Positions 46,202-55,750 of a stretch of 64,000 bases of DNA are shown here, one piece after another. Positions within the stretch are counted from its first letter, which is position 1. Each line of letters starts with the position of its first letter. A program made the position numbers and the translations under genes. Source of the stretch: Porphyromonas sp. (lineage in GTDB: Bacteria > Bacteroidota > Bacteroidia > Bacteroidales > Porphyromonadaceae); NCBI GenBank assembly GCA_041856045.1, contig JBHAFI010000148.1, positions 8,477 through 72,476 of the forward strand. Reading direction: 5' to 3'. The notes under the pieces are model-generated. The model made no database searches and had not been told where the DNA came from. It saw only the letters and a program-made list of their open reading frames with translations.

Positions 46202-46987
46202 CTAGCCGAGTAAACTCTCGTACTGCTGGGTGAGGTAGATAAATTCCTCTACGCTGAGTTGCTCTGGTCGTTTGGTGAAGATCTCCTGACTATAGCCCGC
46301 GTAGTTACTACCAAAAAGTGGTTTCAGCGAACTACGTAGCATCTTGCGACGCTGATTGAATGCCGTCTTTACTACGGTCTTGAAATTCCGCTCACTACAA
46401 CCCAAAGAACTGCGACCATTACGCACAAGCCTAATGACACCACTCTTAACCTTGGGCGGTGGATTAAATACATTCTCGTCCACAGTAAAGAGATACTCAA
46501 TGTCGTACCAAGCCTGCAAGAGTACACTTAGGATCCCGTAGTCCTTATTACCCGGTGGAGATGCCAAGCGGCGTGCGACCTCCCGCTGTAACATACCAGA
46601 GCATACGGGGATACGCTCACGAAAATCAAGAAGGCGGAAGAAGATCTGGCTAGAGATGTTATAGGGATAATTGCCAATGAGAGCAAATGGCTTGCCCTCG
46701 GGGATACATAAGTCTAGGTCGATACTAAGGAAATCACCCTCAATAACTCTACCTTGTAACTGGGGGAAATGCTCGCCCAAATAGGCGACACTCTCGGTAT
46801 CAATCTCGATAACTCTAGTATCGTGACCTTTCTCTAGCAGGAACTGCGTAAGCATTCCCATACCGGGGCCGATCTCAAGGATAGGTAGTGCTTTGTGTTC
46901 GCTTAGGGTATCGGCTATTCTCTCTGCAATTGTTAGATCTGTCAGGAAGTGTTGTCCTAGGGCTTTCTTGGCTCTTACTTGTATCAT
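46202..46987 (-). CDS. rsmA: 16S rRNA (adenine1518/1519-N6)-dimethyltransferase
   Basis: KKALGQHFL N-terminus and the ILEIGPGMGMLT SAM motif. Confidence 0.9.
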   Translation of the reverse strand: MIQVRAKKALGQHFLTDLTIAERIADTLSEHKALPILEIGPGMGMLTQFLLEKGHDTRVIEIDTESVAYLGEHFPQLQGRVIEGDFLSIDLDLCIPEGKPFALIGNYPYNISSQIFFRLLDFRERIPVCSGMLQREVARRLASPPGNKDYGILSVLLQAWYDIEYLFTVDENVFNPPPKVKSGVIRLVRNGRSSLGCSERNFKTVVKTAFNQRRKMLRSSLKPLFGSNYAGYSQEIFTKRPEQLSVEEFIYLTQQYESLLG

Positions 46988-47003
46988 TGTTTTACAACTC
47001 TCT

Positions 47004-48167
47004 CTAGTATCCTTTTGTAATCATACCGCTCCCAAAGCATATCTTGTGCTCGGTGTCATAGATAACGGCGTACTGACCGGGGGCTATCCCTTGCACTCTA
47101 TCCTTACTGTCGATGCGGTACTTACCAGTAGTAGGGTCGTAGTGCAGTGTGCCGAGTGTAAAGTCTGGGCTATGGCGTACCTTAAAACTAATATCTATCG
47201 CTAGGCGTTCGCTAGGCTTAATGTCTTTGTTTGCCAAAAACGACCACGGGTCGCGACTGATGAAATTCATCTCATCACATACGATATGCTCCCCGTACTG
47301 ATCGTCGGGATCGTAGCCTCTACTGACGAGTATGATATTACGCTTAATATCCTTCTTCACAACGAACCACGGCCCGCCACTCAAGCCTAAGCCCTTGCGT
47401 TGGCCTATAGTATGAAACCAATAACCTTGATGCGTACCAATGGTCTTACCGCTCTCACGCTCTATGATGCGACCGGGCTTTGTGCCGAGGGCTCGTGCGA
47501 TAAACTCGTTGTAATTAACCTTACCAAGGAAACATATCCCTTGACTGTCTTTGCGGTGTGCACTGGGCAACTTCGCCTCCTCAGCAATAGATCTTACCTC
47601 TGCTTTTGTAAGATGTCCCGTGGGGAACAAGAGTTTGCTTATCTGTGCAAAGTTGATCTGAGCGAGGAAGTCGGTTTGATCTTTGACGGGATCGGGAGCA
47701 GTAGCAAGGTAGAGCGTATCGCCCACGTAGTATGTAGTAGCATAATGCCCTGTCGCAATAAAATCGAAGTTATGCCCCCACTTCTCATTGAAGACCCCAA
47801 ACTTGATGAGTTTGTTGCACATTACATCAGGATTGGGCGTAAGACCTCGTCGTACTGTGTCAATGGTGTACTCCACGACATTCGCCCAATACTCATCGTG
47901 TAGCGATACAATCTCTAGAGGCAGATCGTATTGCCTAGCCAACATCGTCACCATGGTAATATCATCTTCCCACGAGCAATCCTCAAAGCCATCTTTATCC
48001 ATACCAATCTGTATGTAGAATAGGGTAGGGCGGTATCCTGCTGTATGTAATAGGTGTACGACAACACTACTATCTACACCTCCGGATACGAGCACTGCTA
48101 TCTTGGGATTGGTAATCCCAGAGTGCTTAATGCGTTCGTGTATTGGGGCTATGTATTTATCTAGCAT
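47004..48167 (-). CDS. mnmA: tRNA 2-thiouridine(34) synthase
   Basis: PP-loop [11 protein letters not shown], 387 aa. Confidence 0.9.
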   Translation of the reverse strand: MLDKYIAPIHERIKHSGITNPKIAVLVSGGVDSSVVVHLLHTAGYRPTLFYIQIGMDKDGFEDCSWEDDITMVTMLARQYDLPLEIVSLHDEYWANVVEYTIDTVRRGLTPNPDVMCNKLIKFGVFNEKWGHNFDFIATGHYATTYYVGDTLYLATAPDPVKDQTDFLAQINFAQISKLLFPTGHLTKAEVRSIAEEAKLPSAHRKDSQGICFLGKVNYNEFIARALGTKPGRIIERESGKTIGTHQGYWFHTIGQRKGLGLSGGPWFVVKKDIKRNIILVSRGYDPDDQYGEHIVCDEMNFISRDPWSFLANKDIKPSERLAIDISFKVRHSPDFTLGTLHYDPTTGKYRIDSKDRVQGIAPGQYAVIYDTEHKICFGSGMITKGY

Positions 48168-48957
48168 TGGGCTTGTTGTTTAGAGATTGGAGCCAATAGC
48201 GTAAACTATCGGCAAGTTGTGGTGACGAGCGACGTGTAAGCCAGCCACGACGTAGATTGTGGGTAATAGGGAGGGCGAAGTCAAGGCTTGGGAAACTATC
48301 TTTGTAGCGTCTTGCTTCTTCGCCTGAGCAAAGTGTGTAGTCGATACTACCTGCTTGTACTTTCATAATCAACTGCTCGGTATTGTACAGACTATCCTCT
48401 CGTATCTGCATCGTCATACCCATTTCCTCTGCGAGATGCTCGAGGAAGAGGCGTAGATGACTTCTATGAGCGAGGGTTATTACCTTATTTTCGAGTTCGA
48501 GTTGCTTGTGTATTTGTTGAGTTGTGTCTTTACGTTGTACGAGATATATTGGTTCGGCAACGTGTTGTCCTAGCCAAATGTAGAGCGAACTATCAAGCTC
48601 GGCTGTATGTGCAATTGGCTTAAGGACTAGATCGACCTCGCCCAAGAGTAGCATCTCGAGGGCTTTGTGCGTATTGTCCTCTAGACGCAGTTCGATGTCG
48701 AGTCGCGAGAGTTTCTTAAGTCTATTGATCAAACTCTGCACATTCTCCCCCGATGCCGATGTATTCTCTTGGGTAAGGGTGTAAGGAGCAAGTACTCTGA
48801 GGATCCCCTCTTCCTTTACTTCCTTGTAATCTCGTGGGAGTAGACTTTTAGCCTTATCGATATCATCGCCTTGCGTAGAGGGTTTGAGCAACCACATTGT
48901 ACCTAATGCCAAAACAAGGAGTATTAGGTAGAGCCACATACGTTTGCGAATATCCAT
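48157..48957 (-). CDS. Membrane-anchored solute-binding-protein family 3-like protein
   Basis: N-terminal TM followed by a type-3 SBP-like domain (ILRVLAPYT...). This is a weak family-level call. Confidence 0.45.
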   Translation of the reverse strand: MDIRKRMWLYLILLVLALGTMWLLKPSTQGDDIDKAKSLLPRDYKEVKEEGILRVLAPYTLTQENTSASGENVQSLINRLKKLSRLDIELRLEDNTHKALEMLLLGEVDLVLKPIAHTAELDSSLYIWLGQHVAEPIYLVQRKDTTQQIHKQLELENKVITLAHRSHLRLFLEHLAEEMGMTMQIREDSLYNTEQLIMKVQAGSIDYTLCSGEEARRYKDSFPSLDFALPITHNLRRGWLTRRSSPQLADSLRYWLQSLNNKPNAR

Positions 48958-48970
48958 GGTCTAGGCAGTA

Positions 48971-51091
48971 TTAGTTCTTAAGGTCTATGACTACACCAGC
49001 CTCGAGGTGCATAGGGTTGTAGACATAGTTTTTCATTGTTTCGCGTGCTGGGTTGAATAGCATCTCTCCGATGTTGAACATACGTACATAGAAGCGTGTA
49101 GTACGCATACGGAAGTTTGCATAGGCATTTAGGAGTGGTGCTTTACCTCCGATCTCTTCGCTCGACTGATTAACAAACTGCATTACGGCTGGGTGATAGT
49201 ATGGTGCATTATAAGCACTATGCCAATAAGCCTCTGCTCCGAGTTGCACTTGCAAGACTTTGGCGATCATAAAGTCGAGATACAGATCGGCTCTCATACT
49301 AAGACTTGGCACTGCTATTACATTGTTGTTGCTACTTAGTTGGTAGGCCCCCTCAAGTGACCAACCGAGGAAGCCGATATTATAGGCGTGTCCGGCACGG
49401 AGCATCGACATTTGTATAAGTTCGGTACTTTGCTCTGCCTTGGCATCACTTGTCCAGTAGATATGATTTTGTAGCGAAGCGGTGCGTAACTCAGCCCACG
49501 TTCCGAAACTTGATAACTCTGCTTTGGCTCCGAGTTCTAGTCGGCGAGTGAAGTTGAAGTCTTTATCCTCCCATGCCCACGTATGGTGGTTGTGGAGCAA
49601 GAAATAAGCAGGACGGAAGTTGTGTAGACGTCCGTCGAGGCGTAAGGCGAAATCTTTCTTGAGGAAGTTGAACTTAGTCTTGATCTCTCCCTCCAGAGTT
49701 ACCGCTCCAAGATCTCTCCCGAGTACTCCTACCTCACCACGAGCCGAGAAGTTAAGGCCTTTGCCTGAGTAGCGAGCCAACTCTCCGCCAGCAAATAGTG
49801 AATAACTCTTATCACTTGTCTCCTTACTCTTGGTCGTTACATCGAGAGAGTGAGCCCAATAATTCTCACTACGGATATAAGCCGATAGACCAGCCTTAAC
49901 CCAAGGGCGGAAGCCCTCGAGAAGTGAGAGTGATAGTGTGTTCTTGAGAGTCTTAAACTCGGTAATGTCATTAGGTTGAATGCTCGTGGTAGTCGTAGTA
50001 GTCGTTGCTCCACTAGCATCTGTTGTTGTGCTTGTCGTTGTAAGTGCGTTTACGACTGGCGTACCCCATATCGTCCCCCAAGTATCACTTGCCGAGGGAG
50101 CGATCATACGCCTGCTCGACTTGTTGTAGTGCAGTTGGTGTGAGATACTCCCTACGGGTACGAAGATCATCGAGTCCAACTTCGCCTCGCTGGGCATTGT
50201 CGTAGACTCTTTCTGCTCATCTCCTTGTCCGTTGGGGGCTGTCTTAGTTTTCGATGCCGTAGCATACACTCCCTCGACCTTTTTCTTGTAACCCAATTTA
50301 TAGCGATGAGATAAAAAGGCATTACCACTACGAATACGATTAAATAAGGCTTCGTTGAGTACTACGGGGACGTCAAGACTCGATATTTTGACACGACCAC
50401 TGCTGTACTTATCGGGATCATTGATATAACTCATATCAGAGATACCTCCATTCTCTTGTTGCTTGTAGTAGTCGTTGGAGATATACGCCCATAGGTCGTA
50501 GCGATCGCTCGTATAACTACCGAATATACGATAGTCGATATTGCGACTTTTGCTGTTGCCATAATATCCTAGAGCCGAGACGTGGTCGGCACTTATCCCA
50601 AGGTTAATCTTCTTGTTTAGATTGACCGAGATAGTCCCATTGAGTACCTCTTCCAAGACATCGTCCGAGAAGTTCTTGCGATAGTGGACAAAGGTAAGAG
50701 GGACTTTGGTGTCGTAGAAGAGTACATTATCAGGGCTGTAAAGCATTCCTTGGTATCCCGTCAAAGCAACGAAATCGTGTACTTTTGCCGAGCGATCAAA
50801 GAATATCTTACTCTGCCAAGGTTGGTTGGCATTGCCTGCATAAGCGACACCCAGACTACGACGCTCTGGGGCGACATAGTTGTGGGTAGATAGGGCTATG
50901 GTGTCTTGCAAGTTTACCTGCTCTGGGATACCAGTGTAGGGGCGTATGCGATAACCCTTGAGTTTATCTCCTCGGCGTGCTTTTTCCTCGGCTGATATTT
51001 TCTTTTCTTTGGGGGGTTCGTACTGGGCATAGAGCGAAAGGCTACTCACTAAGCCTAGTGTTACGATGCCTATAAGTGTGCGAAGGTTCAT
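48971..51091 (-). CDS. Putative outer-membrane porin/beta-barrel protein (Bacteroidota 'putative porin' family)
   Basis: Signal peptide, a 706-aa barrel-like alternating pattern ending in an aromatic-rich C-terminus, and an internal Thr-rich low-complexity insert. Confidence 0.5.
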   Translation of the reverse strand: MNLRTLIGIVTLGLVSSLSLYAQYEPPKEKKISAEEKARRGDKLKGYRIRPYTGIPEQVNLQDTIALSTHNYVAPERRSLGVAYAGNANQPWQSKIFFDRSAKVHDFVALTGYQGMLYSPDNVLFYDTKVPLTFVHYRKNFSDDVLEEVLNGTISVNLNKKINLGISADHVSALGYYGNSKSRNIDYRIFGSYTSDRYDLWAYISNDYYKQQENGGISDMSYINDPDKYSSGRVKISSLDVPVVLNEALFNRIRSGNAFLSHRYKLGYKKKVEGVYATASKTKTAPNGQGDEQKESTTMPSEAKLDSMIFVPVGSISHQLHYNKSSRRMIAPSASDTWGTIWGTPVVNALTTTSTTTDASGATTTTTTTSIQPNDITEFKTLKNTLSLSLLEGFRPWVKAGLSAYIRSENYWAHSLDVTTKSKETSDKSYSLFAGGELARYSGKGLNFSARGEVGVLGRDLGAVTLEGEIKTKFNFLKKDFALRLDGRLHNFRPAYFLLHNHHTWAWEDKDFNFTRRLELGAKAELSSFGTWAELRTASLQNHIYWTSDAKAEQSTELIQMSMLRAGHAYNIGFLGWSLEGAYQLSSNNNVIAVPSLSMRADLYLDFMIAKVLQVQLGAEAYWHSAYNAPYYHPAVMQFVNQSSEEIGGKAPLLNAYANFRMRTTRFYVRMFNIGEMLFNPARETMKNYVYNPMHLEAGVVIDLKN

Positions 51092-51526
51092 TTACTTACT
51101 TCTTGTTTGTTTGGGTACTCTATTGGGGTTTGAGCGTCTACTTGCTCCTCCTCGTATGCTCTGTGCTGTCGGATAGAAAGCCCCCGGGATATGCTCGATC
51201 GAATAACTACCATCTCTCTCGACATCGATCGCTATTATATCAAAGCGAGTATTAAGGTGTAACCCCTTTTGCCGCATATAACTATTGGCAGCAACGATCA
51301 TATTGTGCCTCTTGGCAAGGTCTACGGCTTGTAGGGCTGTCCCATAATTGGTACTACGACGAGTCTTAACCTCAACGAAGACCATATCATTCCCCTCTTG
51401 GGCTATGAGGTCTACCTCTTTGTGCATATAGACCCAGTTACGCTCGTGAATGATGTAACCCTTGCTCTCAAGTAGACGAAGTGCTATCTCTTCGCCAAGC
51501 CGACCCGTCTCAAGATGTTTTGCCAT
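51092..51526 (-). CDS. YraN-family (UPF0102) endonuclease-like protein
   Basis: GRLGEEIALRLLESKGYIIHERNW and DLIAQEGNDMVFVEVKTR motifs. Has a basic C-terminal extension. Confidence 0.75.
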   Translation of the reverse strand: MAKHLETGRLGEEIALRLLESKGYIIHERNWVYMHKEVDLIAQEGNDMVFVEVKTRRSTNYGTALQAVDLAKRHNMIVAANSYMRQKGLHLNTRFDIIAIDVERDGSYSIEHIPGAFYPTAQSIRGGASRRSNPNRVPKQTRSK

Positions 51527-52488
51527 ATCCTACGTGTCTGCTCGCCCGTAACCGAGAATGTCTGTATATGACGCTCTCGCTTGTCAGCGATAATCTTGTC
51601 TACTGCGATAAGGATACCAGTCTCTTCTACACCTCCAAACTCGTGATTGATAGCCGTACCAAATACTCTCATCTCGGGAGAGAGGGACATATAGGCACTA
51701 ACGAGCGGTGGTATATTGATGCCAAGACTACGGATATACTTATTGAGGCTACGATAATTGGACTTGAAGTTATTCGTCGGGAACAGCTCGTAGATCTGCC
51801 TAGGGTTGATCTCTATCGGCAGAGGCTCTATCGGTGTTACGAGTTTCTCTTGGTCGGGGAAGTGCAACTCAAGGAAGTATAGTATGAGGTTACGTGCTTC
51901 TCTATTATAATTGGCATACATCGTTACCTTGCCATAGAAATACTTCATCTTGGGGTTAAGTACCGTAAGTGCTCCTATACCGTCCCATAGGTTGTCGAGA
52001 GCAAACATACTTTTGCTCCCCATACGTGTAGTTTGGTAGTCTAGCGATACAAACGAACGCCCCAACTCGATCGTATGAGGGAGGTACTCCTGCATAAACT
52101 GCTCACTGAAGTTGAACATCTCTCCTGTTGCTAGGTGAGGCCTACCATTCTCGTCAATACGCACATCGGAGCCAAAGATGAAGCGATACCCCCCAAGGAT
52201 TGCCTCATCGCTAGGGTCCCAAACGATAAGTTGCATATAACCATCGGGATCGGTGTCAAACTCATCAATATCGACGGGCTTACCTGTGCCCCCCCCGTAG
52301 AAACGGAATGCCTCCTCTCGCAAGCGACCTATCTCCTGCATCGTATAGGGAGCATCGGCAGCTTTGAAGATATAAATGTCATTGCCAGCCTTATTGGTGT
52401 GACGTAGGAATAAGTCCTCTGTAAGTTCCTTCTTGATAAGTTCTTTATCAATAGGTGCTATAATAGGCTCCTCGTGTATGTAGTTCAT
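51484..52488 (-). CDS. GNAT-type N-acyltransferase (OlsB/GlsB-like, amino-acid lipid synthesis)
   Basis: 334 aa, paired with a PlsC-type acyltransferase as in the Bacteroides glycine-lipid (glsB/glsA) loci. Its 3' end overlaps the yraN-like start by 43 nt. Confidence 0.65.
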   Translation of the reverse strand: MNYIHEEPIIAPIDKELIKKELTEDLFLRHTNKAGNDIYIFKAADAPYTMQEIGRLREEAFRFYGGGTGKPVDIDEFDTDPDGYMQLIVWDPSDEAILGGYRFIFGSDVRIDENGRPHLATGEMFNFSEQFMQEYLPHTIELGRSFVSLDYQTTRMGSKSMFALDNLWDGIGALTVLNPKMKYFYGKVTMYANYNREARNLILYFLELHFPDQEKLVTPIEPLPIEINPRQIYELFPTNNFKSNYRSLNKYIRSLGINIPPLVSAYMSLSPEMRVFGTAINHEFGGVEETGILIAVDKIIADKRERHIQTFSVTGEQTRRIWQNILRRVGLAKR

Positions 52489-52508
52489 AATAGTAATTCG
52501 TCGGTTGT

Positions 52509-53330
52509 TTAAGCCTGCCCCTCTTGAGCCAACTTATAGGATAGAGAACGGATACGCATAGCCTTATCTTGTGCTTTGCTATTATCGGCGGCTAAGTCTT
52601 GCCACTTGATAGGCTCCCCTACGATGACCTCAAAATGTTTGCCTTTGGCTCTAAACATCTCATCGGGCAATAGTGCGGTACAGATGTCAAACTTAAAACC
52701 TAATGCTTTACGCAGTCTGTCGATAAGGTAAAAATGCCTAGAGTTTTGTCCTACGAAGTGTAAGGGGATAATATCTCGCTGGTGCGTTATCGCCATATTG
52801 ACAAAACTCTGTTTCCACTCTCCATCTTGTATTTGACCATCTCTGTAACGCGAGCACCAGCCCGCGGGGAAAGTCCCTACGGGGCTATCGCTCTCCAATA
52901 CTTGTTGGATACGCTCAAGGTTCTCTTTCTTCTGTTTGCCGTATGTATTCACGGGGAGGAAGACGGGCTGTAGTGGCTTTAGGTAATACAGCATATCGTT
53001 TACGAGGTACTGAATATCTCCGTACTGCTCGTGCAAGAGATATGTGATACCAATACCATCAATGGCTCCTAGTGGGTGATTGGATACAAAGATGGCTCGA
53101 CCATCTTTGGGAAGCCTCTCGGGATTACGGAAGCGAACAGTCGTCCCAAAGTCAGCGAGGAGAGCACGCAAAAAGTCTGCCCCACTTTTATCTCCGTGGC
53201 GACGCAATATATCGTTAATTTCGTCTTCGTGAATAAGACGTTGCACAAGCCTTGCCAACCACTTGGGTAGTTGCTTGCCACTCTTCTGGGCAATGATCTG
53301 TGCTACATTTATCTCTATCTGCTCTCTCAT
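52509..53330 (-). CDS. PlsC-type lysolipid O-acyltransferase (OlsA/GlsA-like)
   Basis: The acyltransferase motif VSNHPLGAIDG (HxxxxD variant) together with the TFPAG motif. Confidence 0.65.
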   Translation of the reverse strand: MREQIEINVAQIIAQKSGKQLPKWLARLVQRLIHEDEINDILRRHGDKSGADFLRALLADFGTTVRFRNPERLPKDGRAIFVSNHPLGAIDGIGITYLLHEQYGDIQYLVNDMLYYLKPLQPVFLPVNTYGKQKKENLERIQQVLESDSPVGTFPAGWCSRYRDGQIQDGEWKQSFVNMAITHQRDIIPLHFVGQNSRHFYLIDRLRKALGFKFDICTALLPDEMFRAKGKHFEVIVGEPIKWQDLAADNSKAQDKAMRIRSLSYKLAQEGQA

Positions 53331-53349
53331 TTTTGCGTACTTAGTAACA

Positions 53350-53357
53350 CAAAGTTA
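53350..53357 (-). promoter_or_regulatory. -7 box TAACTTTG for the glsA-like operon
   Basis: 20 bp upstream of ATG 53330. Confidence 0.4.
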
Positions 53358-53554
53358 CAACTATCCTCGCTTATATCTCGAGTTTGCACAGATAAACTAA
53401 GGCATCGGCTAGGCGTCGGGGCTTGTGTTGTATAGACTTATTTGTTTGTTATTTCGTTATGAACTAGAGATTTAACGGAAGTCGTGAGGACTTTTGATGC
53501 CCTCTAATGATGTTGTTTGCAAATCTTTGCCGACAGACTAAGTATAGTTATGTG

Positions 53555-53631
53555 TCGTGTCTTGATTTTTATGCGTCAAGGCTTGGCGGATAAAAATCAC
53601 GTCTTGACGCTTATCTGTCACGTCTTGACGC
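53555..53631. promoter_or_regulatory. Cluster of CGTCTTGACG (4-2-4 inverted repeat) sites
   Basis: TCACGTCTTGACGC occurs at 53597 and 53618 (21-bp step). There is also a degenerate copy with an inverted half-site (GTCTTGA...GCGTCAAG) at 53559-53580. The cluster lies in the divergent glsA-like/asd spacer. Confidence 0.4.
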
Positions 53632-53772
53632 ATAGGATAGTTAAGTAGGAGTAGACCCTAGGGGATACGTATGTAGGCTCTTAATGTCATTTATTTGGAG
53701 CTGGGGGCATATATTCTGTATCTAGGCCCTTAGTTTTTATTCCTCTGAGAGAGATAAAAGTAGAGAAATGAG

Positions 53773-53780
53773 TACCTTTG
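53773..53780 (+). promoter_or_regulatory. -7 box TACCTTTG for asd
   Basis: 51 bp upstream of ATG 53831. Confidence 0.5.
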
Positions 53781-53830
53781 TATCTAAACAGTAGTGTACA
53801 ACAAGATTAGACCAAAATAACAATACAACA

Positions 53831-54847
53831 ATGAATGTAGCAATAGTTGGCGTTAGTGGAGCCGTGGGACAAGAGTTTCTACGTGTCCTCTCTGAGCGTT
53901 CTTCTTTCAAGATAAATAGACTAGAACTTTTTGCTTCTGCTCGTTCGGCAGGCAAGACTGTGCAATTTCGTGGTAAGGAGTACACGATACGAGAGTTGCG
54001 TCATGGAGATGATTTCAAGGATATTGACGTTGCTTTTGTGTCTGCTGGGGGGAGTATCTCTCTAGAGTATGCCAAGACTATTACGAAGCATGGTGCTGTG
54101 ATGATTGACAACTCTAGTGCCTTCCGAGGGGACAAAGATGTTCCTCTAGTTGTTCCCGAGGTTAATGCAGCCGATGCTCTTAATCGCCCTCGTGGTATCA
54201 TTGCCAATCCTAACTGTACAACTATTCAGATGGTTGTGGCTTTGAATGTGATAGAGAAACTATCTCACATCACTCGCGTACACGTGGCTACTTATCAGGC
54301 GGCAAGTGGGGCTGGTGCCAAAGGAATGGCAGAGTTGGACCAACAGATACAAGAGATAGCCCGAGGAGAAGAGCCTACGGTAAGTAAATTCGCTTATCAA
54401 CTAGCGTACAACTTGATCCCACAGATAGACGTCTTTGGTGACGATGACTACACCAAGGAGGAACTCAAGATGTACAATGAGACACGCAAGATAATGCACA
54501 GCGATGTCGCAGTAAGTGCTACCTGTGTGCGTGTGCCAGTGACGAGAGCCCATAGCGAAGCCATTTGGGTGGAGACAGAGGAACCACTATCGTTGGAGGC
54601 TGTGCGTACAGCATTCCGAGAGGCTAATGGTGTAGTGCTGATGGACGAGCCAAGTGAGCAAACCTATCCTATGCCCTTATTCGTGGCAGAGAAGGATCCT
54701 GTTTATGTGGGTCGTCTACGTAGGGATTTGTCGAACCCCAAGGGCCTTACTTTTTGGTGTGTTGCAGACCAGATCAAGAAGGGAGCAGCACTTAATGCTG
54801 TTCAGATTGCCGAGTGGCTTGTCGCACAAGGCAACCTCAAGAAATAA
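53831..54847 (+). CDS. asd: Aspartate-semialdehyde dehydrogenase
   Basis: [11 protein letters not shown] Rossmann motif and the active-site [11 protein letters not shown]. Confidence 0.95.
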   Translation: MNVAIVGVSGAVGQEFLRVLSERSSFKINRLELFASARSAGKTVQFRGKEYTIRELRHGDDFKDIDVAFVSAGGSISLEYAKTITKHGAVMIDNSSAFRGDKDVPLVVPEVNAADALNRPRGIIANPNCTTIQMVVALNVIEKLSHITRVHVATYQAASGAGAKGMAELDQQIQEIARGEEPTVSKFAYQLAYNLIPQIDVFGDDDYTKEELKMYNETRKIMHSDVAVSATCVRVPVTRAHSEAIWVETEEPLSLEAVRTAFREANGVVLMDEPSEQTYPMPLFVAEKDPVYVGRLRRDLSNPKGLTFWCVADQIKKGAALNAVQIAEWLVAQGNLKK

Positions 54848-54889
54848 TTGCTATTAACTCAATCCGAGCAAGACGAGAGTTATCAAAGA

Positions 54890-55750
54890 ATGAAAGTATT
54901 TAATAATATAGAAGACCTACAGTCTTACGTAAACTCTGAGAAGAGCCAAGGTAAGACTGTAGGTTTTGTCCCTACTATGGGAGCCCTGCATGCCGGACAT
55001 ATCAGTTTGGTAAAGCAAGCGTTGGAGGAGTGTGATACATGTATTGTAAGCATATTTGTTAATCCTACACAGTTTAATGACCCCAAAGACTTGGAGACCT
55101 ACCCTCGTACACTCGAGGCGGATAGCCAACTCTTGGCTGAGGTTGGGACGACGGCAGTCTTTGCCCCTAGTGTAGAGGTAATGTACCCCTCGGACACAGA
55201 GGTGCGTAGTGACTATGCCGTAGGACGAGTGGCAGAGGTTATGGAGGGTAAGCATCGCCCGGGACACTTCCAAGGTGTTATGCAGGTGGTACAGCGTTTG
55301 TTTGAGATCGTAAAACCAGATGTTGCTTTCTTTGGACAGAAAGATTTCCAACAAGTAGCCGTTATCCGTACTATGTGTCGTCTGATCGGTTCGCCCGTGA
55401 AGATCGTCGATTGTCCTATCGTACGAGAGGCTGATGGTCTTGCCCTTAGTAGTCGTAATGTGCGTCTGACGGCAGAGCAACGTGAATATGCCCCTCATAT
55501 CTACCGAGTGCTACGCGAGAGCCTTACTTACGCCCAAACGCATAGCCCAGTAGAGACGATACAGTGGGTAACAGAGAACCTTAATGCGATCCCAACTTTG
55601 CGTGTAGAGTACTTTGAGATAGTTGATAGTCTAAGCCTAGAGAGTATCGCCTCATGGACAGAGAGTGAGCGTCCTCATGGCTGTATTACTGTATTCTGTG
55701 GCGAGGTACGTTTGATTGATAATATCAGTTACGTAGATGCAGTACGCTAA
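54890..55750 (+). CDS. panC: Pantoate--beta-alanine ligase
   Basis: ORF 54848 (TTG) trimmed to ATG 54890 (MKVFNNIEDL...). PTMGALHAGH HIGH-type motif. Confidence 0.9.
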   Translation: MKVFNNIEDLQSYVNSEKSQGKTVGFVPTMGALHAGHISLVKQALEECDTCIVSIFVNPTQFNDPKDLETYPRTLEADSQLLAEVGTTAVFAPSVEVMYPSDTEVRSDYAVGRVAEVMEGKHRPGHFQGVMQVVQRLFEIVKPDVAFFGQKDFQQVAVIRTMCRLIGSPVKIVDCPIVREADGLALSSRNVRLTAEQREYAPHIYRVLRESLTYAQTHSPVETIQWVTENLNAIPTLRVEYFEIVDSLSLESIASWTESERPHGCITVFCGEVRLIDNISYVDAVR

